From positions 512,001 through 576,000 of the forward strand of contig CP084166.1 in NCBI GenBank assembly GCA_021513695.1: a stretch of DNA of 64,000 nucleotides, written 5' to 3'. Every line of letters begins with the position of its first letter. Position 1 is the stretch's first letter. Of this stretch, positions 59,043 through 64,000 are shown in pieces. The position numbers were made by a program, and so were the translations under genes. The notes under the pieces are model-generated. The model saw only the letters and a program-made list of their open reading frames with translations. It searched no databases and was not told the DNA's origin. This DNA comes from Candidatus Heimdallarchaeum aukensis. Lineage in GTDB: Archaea; Asgardarchaeota; Heimdallarchaeia; Heimdallarchaeales; Heimdallarchaeaceae.

Positions 59043-61805
59043 ATGTTGATAGTAAAACAGTATAGAACCAAAATAGTTTTTATTATTGTAGTCTATTCTT
59101 TATTTATTAGTTCAAGCGTTAATTTATCTCAAGAAAAGATATATGCCTATGAAGTTCAAAAAGATCATAATAATCTAAAAAAAATTGAACAGAATAGCAG
59201 TTTTTCTATTTATAATAGTTCTAAATACAGAGTATTATGGAAATTAACCATTCCATCACCATATTATGGAGATATTTCATTTATTGATTTAACAGATGAT
59301 AATAAACTAGATTTACTAATTGGAAAGCCTGATGAAGGATTATATGCTATAAATGGATTTAATGGTTCTATTATTTGGACAAAAAATTACTCTTCCAATA
59401 GTTGGTGGTTTCCTTATGTCAAGTGTTATGGAGCAAATTTTTTGGACATTGACTCTGATAATGAACTTGAGATCATTTTTAGTGTTGCTAATAATCGTAC
59501 TATTAATGCTTTAGAAAAAAATTCTACAGATATTTGGTCATATTATTGTAATGATGGTAATGGTAATACTGTTTTGGTTGATACAAACAATGATGGTTAT
59601 AAAGAACTTCTTTTTGGTTTTTCTGGAGGAATAAAAACTCTTTCTCCTTTTAACAGAACTGTTCTGTGGAGCTATGAAAACGATCTTCTTTCTTCTGGAG
59701 AATCATATCTGACTATAGCAGATTTAAACAACGATGGATTTGATGATGTAATTGATGCTTCATCTTTTGGTAATCTGATTGCAATTAATGGAAAAACACA
59801 TACACTTCTATGGGAAAGAACTTTACCTAAAAAAAATAAAGATAAAGAATTAAGACATCTTTCTAGGCCTGTTGCTGGAGATATGGACGGAGATGGTCAA
59901 TTAGAAGTGTTTGTAAGTGCAGGAAAAGAATATAAGAATATTTTTTTCACACTTGATGGAAAAACAGGAAAAACAATTTGGAAGGTTGAAGGAGAAAAAT
60001 TTAGTCGTGACACAGTTCTTGGAGATTTAAATGGAGATAATATTTTAGATATCGTTTCAACAACTACTGATGGTAAAATAATTGTGCTTGATGGTTTAAA
60101 AGGAAAAACTTTATGGACATTTCAATTTGGCAAATCATTGAACAATCCAGATAGCTATGGATTACCTCTTTCTTGCCCTGTTTTAGGTGACCTTAATAAT
60201 GATAACAGATTAGATGTTTTAATAGGCTCATGTGATGGTAAATATTATATCCTTGACGGATTAACAGGTAACCCTTTGTTTATTTTTGACAATCCTTCAA
60301 TATCTGAAGGACATAGAAAAACAGTAGATATTATTGATACAGGTGCTATCGTAGATTTAGACGGAGACGGAGAAAATGAAGTTGTTCTTGTCTGGACAGG
60401 TTTAGGTGTCTACGCTTACGATTTTGAGGAGGAATTAGCAGGAAAAAGAATTTTCTGGGGGACAAAGAGAGGAAATTCTTTGCAATGGGGAAATGCTTTA
60501 GCATTAGATCAAGATAATGACAGATTATCAGATTACAGTGAAAAATTATTTGGGACAGATAAAACGAATCCTGATACTGATGGAGATGGATTACCTGATG
60601 GTTATGAACTCAGTTACTTAAATACATCACCAACTCTATATGATACTGATAATAATGGAATTAGCGATGGTGAAGAAGACTTTGATGGTGACGGATTATT
60701 AAATGAACAAGAATTTAGACGCTTTACTGACCCATTTATATTTGATTCTGATTTTGATGGAATAAGAGATAAGCTTGACCTTTTTCCTTATTTAAATGAC
60801 TATATCGTTTATTCTAAAATTCTTGGAATTGTTTCTTTGTTTAGTTTTTCATTGTATAGTTACAAAAACTACAGGAAAAAAGGTTTAGTTTATCGAATTA
60901 TAAACTACGCTTACCTTAAAACAAAAAGGTTCCTTAAAAAATGTAAAAACTTTTTTAAAAAAACATCAGACGAAGTATTCTACTTTCTTCTCGTCAATAA
61001 AGGGTTAACAATAGCAAAAACCATTCTTGCCTTTATTCTTTCTAATATACTAATTATTCCTTTTTTCATTCCAGCTTGGAGAGAAAGAATGTATCTTAAG
61101 AATACTGAAGCACATATCACAATTTCTGATACAGGATTCCATAATATGGGATACATTGATCATTCGGGAGAATGTGTAGGAAAATACTGGCTTAGAACAG
61201 AAGATGGAGTATTCTATGCAATAAGTGGATATAAAGGAAACTTACCATACGGAGATTTCTATATTCGTGGTGAAGGATTTACTTATGATTCTGGAGATTT
61301 GGGGTTGAACTATCTTTTTGAAATGTCTCCTGAAGATGTGAAAGAAATAAAAGCAGCTCTTAGAAGACCTTGGTTATTGTTACTAGGATTAGTAGCTGTA
61401 AGCTTAGTGTTTTACTTAACATTCTACATTCTACAAAAGCTCATAAGCAAAATAACAGAACAGTCGTTTAAAGGAACACCATTTGAAGAGATGATTGCCA
61501 GTTTCCTCGAAGAAGTAAAGAAAATTACTTTTAGGAAACAGGAAAGTTTTGCAATGCAAGGATTATGGTTTGATCTAATAGAATACTACTGGGACAAAGG
61601 GTTAAGTAAATACGTCGACATTGATAAAAAACAATTAGTTCAGAGTAAAGGAGCACAAAAATATTTCATCAAAGACGATATTCAAGTTAAAGATGTTATT
61701 ATATACCTTGTTCTGTCTGATCCAGAAGCTCAAAAGACTAAGTTACCTATCATCATCAGGACCAATAGATTAAAAAAATCTAAACTGGAAAAAATAGATA
61801 ATTAA
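59043..61805 (+). CDS. Integrin-alpha-like membrane protein: FG-GAP beta-propeller repeats + TSP3-like Ca-binding repeats + TM helices + cytoplasmic domain
   Basis: At least 6 FG-GAP-like units are seen (DLNNDGFDDVID, GDMDGDGQLEVFV, GDLNGDNILDIV, GDLNNDNRLDVLIG, DLDGDGENEVVLV, DTNNDGYKELLFG). They are followed by DQDNDRLSDYSE, DTDGDGLPDGYE and DTDNNGISDGEEDFDGDGLLNEQE, then by three hydrophobic helices. Confidence 0.65.
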   Translation: MLIVKQYRTKIVFIIVVYSLFISSSVNLSQEKIYAYEVQKDHNNLKKIEQNSSFSIYNSSKYRVLWKLTIPSPYYGDISFIDLTDDNKLDLLIGKPDEGLYAINGFNGSIIWTKNYSSNSWWFPYVKCYGANFLDIDSDNELEIIFSVANNRTINALEKNSTDIWSYYCNDGNGNTVLVDTNNDGYKELLFGFSGGIKTLSPFNRTVLWSYENDLLSSGESYLTIADLNNDGFDDVIDASSFGNLIAINGKTHTLLWERTLPKKNKDKELRHLSRPVAGDMDGDGQLEVFVSAGKEYKNIFFTLDGKTGKTIWKVEGEKFSRDTVLGDLNGDNILDIVSTTTDGKIIVLDGLKGKTLWTFQFGKSLNNPDSYGLPLSCPVLGDLNNDNRLDVLIGSCDGKYYILDGLTGNPLFIFDNPSISEGHRKTVDIIDTGAIVDLDGDGENEVVLVWTGLGVYAYDFEEELAGKRIFWGTKRGNSLQWGNALALDQDNDRLSDYSEKLFGTDKTNPDTDGDGLPDGYELSYLNTSPTLYDTDNNGISDGEEDFDGDGLLNEQEFRRFTDPFIFDSDFDGIRDKLDLFPYLNDYIVYSKILGIVSLFSFSLYSYKNYRKKGLVYRIINYAYLKTKRFLKKCKNFFKKTSDEVFYFLLVNKGLTIAKTILAFILSNILIIPFFIPAWRERMYLKNTEAHITISDTGFHNMGYIDHSGECVGKYWLRTEDGVFYAISGYKGNLPYGDFYIRGEGFTYDSGDLGLNYLFEMSPEDVKEIKAALRRPWLLLLGLVAVSLVFYLTFYILQKLISKITEQSFKGTPFEEMIASFLEEVKKITFRKQESFAMQGLWFDLIEYYWDKGLSKYVDIDKKQLVQSKGAQKYFIKDDIQVKDVIIYLVLSDPEAQKTKLPIIIRTNRLKKSKLEKIDN

Positions 61806-61816
61806 TAAAGCATTTT

Positions 61817-62299
61817 TTATTTTGTTCGTAGTAATCTTGAAAGATGATAACCACAGCTTACAGGTAGTATTGGATGCTTTTTTCCGCTGATTGATATTGA
61901 AATATTTTTTATTATTTTTATTTCAGAATAATGACGCCAACCTTTACTTAAAACAAGAGGGTAGTATGATTTCTTAATATTTTTTGAACAATATTCTTCA
62001 ACTATAGTTTTTACTACTTTTGAACCATTTTCTAGTTTTTCAATGACTTCTTTAGCTTTTGCACTTTTGTTTTTCAATTCAGCAATTATAATATACAAAC
62101 AATGATTAGTCTCAACAATAATAATACAATCTGATGATTTTTCCTTAATTAACGAGTCCCCATCTAATATTATATATTCTTTATCAATATCAATTTTTAG
62201 TTCACAGTTTCTTTCATAACATTTCTTTCTTGAATAGTCCGAATAAAATTGGCTAACAGTTTGAAAAAAAGTCATAGAAAATCCCATTGAAATAATCAT
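61817..62299 (-). CDS. Hypothetical protein
   Basis: ORF only. Confidence 0.3.
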   Translation of the reverse strand: MIISMGFSMTFFQTVSQFYSDYSRKKCYERNCELKIDIDKEYIILDGDSLIKEKSSDCIIIVETNHCLYIIIAELKNKSAKAKEVIEKLENGSKVVKTIVEEYCSKNIKKSYYPLVLSKGWRHYSEIKIIKNISISISGKKHPILPVSCGYHLSRLLRTK

Positions 62300-62967
62300 T
62301 CTAGTTCTTTTTTTAGTTTAAAAATTTCTTCATGGTATCTCTTTTCCTTTTCTTACTGATATTAATAGAGTTATTATAAGCTATAAACAAAACTGTTATA
62401 ATAAAAGATTATTAGAAATTATAAAATTAATGTGAGTACAAAGTTGTTTTCATTATCAAAACATACTCGAAAAACGCTTAAATTTGACACCTATTACAAT
62501 TATTAAAACAATACCAAAAAATGAGATTGTCCCAATCACATACGAAGGATACATTTATTCCCATATAGAATGACTGCTTTCCCCATAGATCCAATTTTAA
62601 ACACTACTTTTATTATCGTTTAAACTTGGGATATTCTGATTCTAGTGCATATTCTTATGCAAGATATAAAGCATAGTACTAACATAAAGACCAAATTTCT
62701 CTGAAAAATGATTAATGCAAATATATTTGGTTGCTATATTAGTAAAATAACAATACCACAAAGATGTTTTTTAATTAAAGATTGAAGAAACAGGTAGAGT
62801 ACAATGAATCTTGTACTAAATAAGGTCAAATTAACACCTGTTATTCATCCTTTACAAAAAGGACAATCCTGTTCGTTAACAAATCTATAACTATATGTCA
62901 AAAATGATATATAGATGTTTAAAATAATGAATATTTGATAGAAAAGTATGTATTTTGTTGATAAAAA

Positions 62968-64000
62968 ATGAGCAATAATAAACATACTACAATCGCATTA
63001 ATAATAGTCATATTGTCATTAGCTCTTGTTTTTATTAAACCAACAGGAGCTGGTTGGGTAGAATGGGAAGGGAAAGTGTATAATGAATGGAATAATGGAG
63101 TAAGTGGAGCAATAGTAAAACTAAAACAGAATAATGTTGTTGTTAAAACAACAACCACAGATAGTAATGGGGAATATTCTCTCATATACTATACTTCTAG
63201 CTATGCTACATACAAAATTACAGTGACTAAGGAGGATTATAATAGTCAAACAAAGACTGTTCCCAAGACTTCCCTTGGAGAACCCTGGGTTGTAGATTTT
63301 AATATTCGCTATGTTATGAAATATGCTGTGATCGTGGGAATAGAAGATTATGCTTATCTTAATGATTTACAGTATACAGAAAATGATGCAGATGCTTGGT
63401 ACGACTTCTTATGTGATACATCTTTAGATTTCGATGAAGTGGATCTATATAAAGGTAGTAATGCATATGAATCCGCCATCAAAAACGCTTTAGAAAATAT
63501 GGTAAATATAGCTGATAAAGGTGACATTATTGCATTTATTTTCTCAGGGCATGGTTATAAAAAAAGTAGTACTGAACATGCCCTTTCTATGTGGGATGCT
63601 GATGGTAATGGTAACACAGGTTACTTATATGATTCAGAACTAGCAACTATTTTAACTAGTTCAGAAGCTGAAAGAATATTTCTATTTTTTGACTGTTGTT
63701 ACAGCTATGGAATGCAAGAGGAGTTGGCAGAGATAGGAAGCAAAGATCATATCCTTCTTACTAGTTCTTGTGATAAAAATGAAATTTCCTATTATGACAA
63801 AGCAAATGAAAAGAGTTGTTGGACGCAAAGTTTTTTAGTAGAATCATGGATTAATAATAATGAGCCAGAAGATCCTGTAATAGATGTTTTCAACGATGCA
63901 ATAATTTATTTCAGAGCCCATATAACTAATGGAGATGATTATTACTCAACGGATCAGAATCCGCAATTGTGGAACCCTTATGGAAACAATTTTCGATTAA
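62968..64000 (+). CDS. Caspase/metacaspase-like peptidase (clan CD) with N-terminal signal anchor and carboxypeptidase-regulatory-like beta domain; 3'-partial (runs off window)
   Basis: Translated manually from ATG 62968; no stop occurs before the window end. MSNNKHTTIALIIVILSLALVFI, then VKLKQNNVVVKTTTTDSNGEYSL, then IAFIFSGHGYKK and FLFFDCCYSYGM (His/Cys dyad contexts). Confidence 0.55.
   Translation, partial: MSNNKHTTIALIIVILSLALVFIKPTGAGWVEWEGKVYNEWNNGVSGAIVKLKQNNVVVKTTTTDSNGEYSLIYYTSSYATYKITVTKEDYNSQTKTVPKTSLGEPWVVDFNIRYVMKYAVIVGIEDYAYLNDLQYTENDADAWYDFLCDTSLDFDEVDLYKGSNAYESAIKNALENMVNIADKGDIIAFIFSGHGYKKSSTEHALSMWDADGNGNTGYLYDSELATILTSSEAERIFLFFDCCYSYGMQEELAEIGSKDHILLTSSCDKNEISYYDKANEKSCWTQSFLVESWINNNEPEDPVIDVFNDAIIYFRAHITNGDDYYSTDQNPQLWNPYGNNFRL

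Overview
This is a very AT-rich (~30% GC by eye) 64-kb archaeal window with ordinary archaeal spacing and Shine-Dalgarno-like sites. The protein content suggests an Asgard (Lokiarchaeota-like) genome; this is inference from content only. The supporting genes are an Arf-like and a Rab-like small GTPase, a MoaD/SAMP-type ubiquitin-like protein ending in Gly-Gly, four paralogous membrane proteins with a roadblock/LC7-like C-terminal domain, an integrin-like FG-GAP beta-propeller protein with thrombospondin-type-3 Ca-binding repeats, caspase-like (clan CD) peptidases, an Nre-type repair protein, a tungsten AOR-family enzyme and an F420-type LLM oxidoreductase. Housekeeping and metabolic genes include biotin carboxylase, a tldD/pmbA pair, an Ldh_2 oxidoreductase, AOR, LLM and a VOC protein. 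The accessory content is rich. (1) A three-gene operon at 33.7-37.3 kb encodes a membrane protein whose extreme C-terminus is a (Cys-Ala)6 tail written by an imperfect hexanucleotide microsatellite. It is immediately followed by an RRE(PqqD-like)-radical SAM-SPASM enzyme, making this a candidate protein-tethered RiPP-like modification system. (2) A tandem family of receptor-like type-I membrane proteins at 37.6-46.0 kb has the layout beta-helix, TSP3 repeats, TM helix, then a conserved cytoplasmic module. It comprises two intact genes, one decayed copy and a duplicated tail fragment, and carries internal 69-bp tandem repeats. (3) Three IS types are present. An IS6-like element with 16-bp perfect TIRs occurs as one intact and one decayed copy. 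An IS5-like element occurs twice with a conserved -1 frameshift site. An IS481-like element is flanked by a 16-bp direct repeat and splits a ~514-aa gene. Several decayed genes (EamA, Isf-like, subtilisin, PIN) and an apparent rearrangement junction are also present. No rRNA, tRNA or CRISPR array was recognised.
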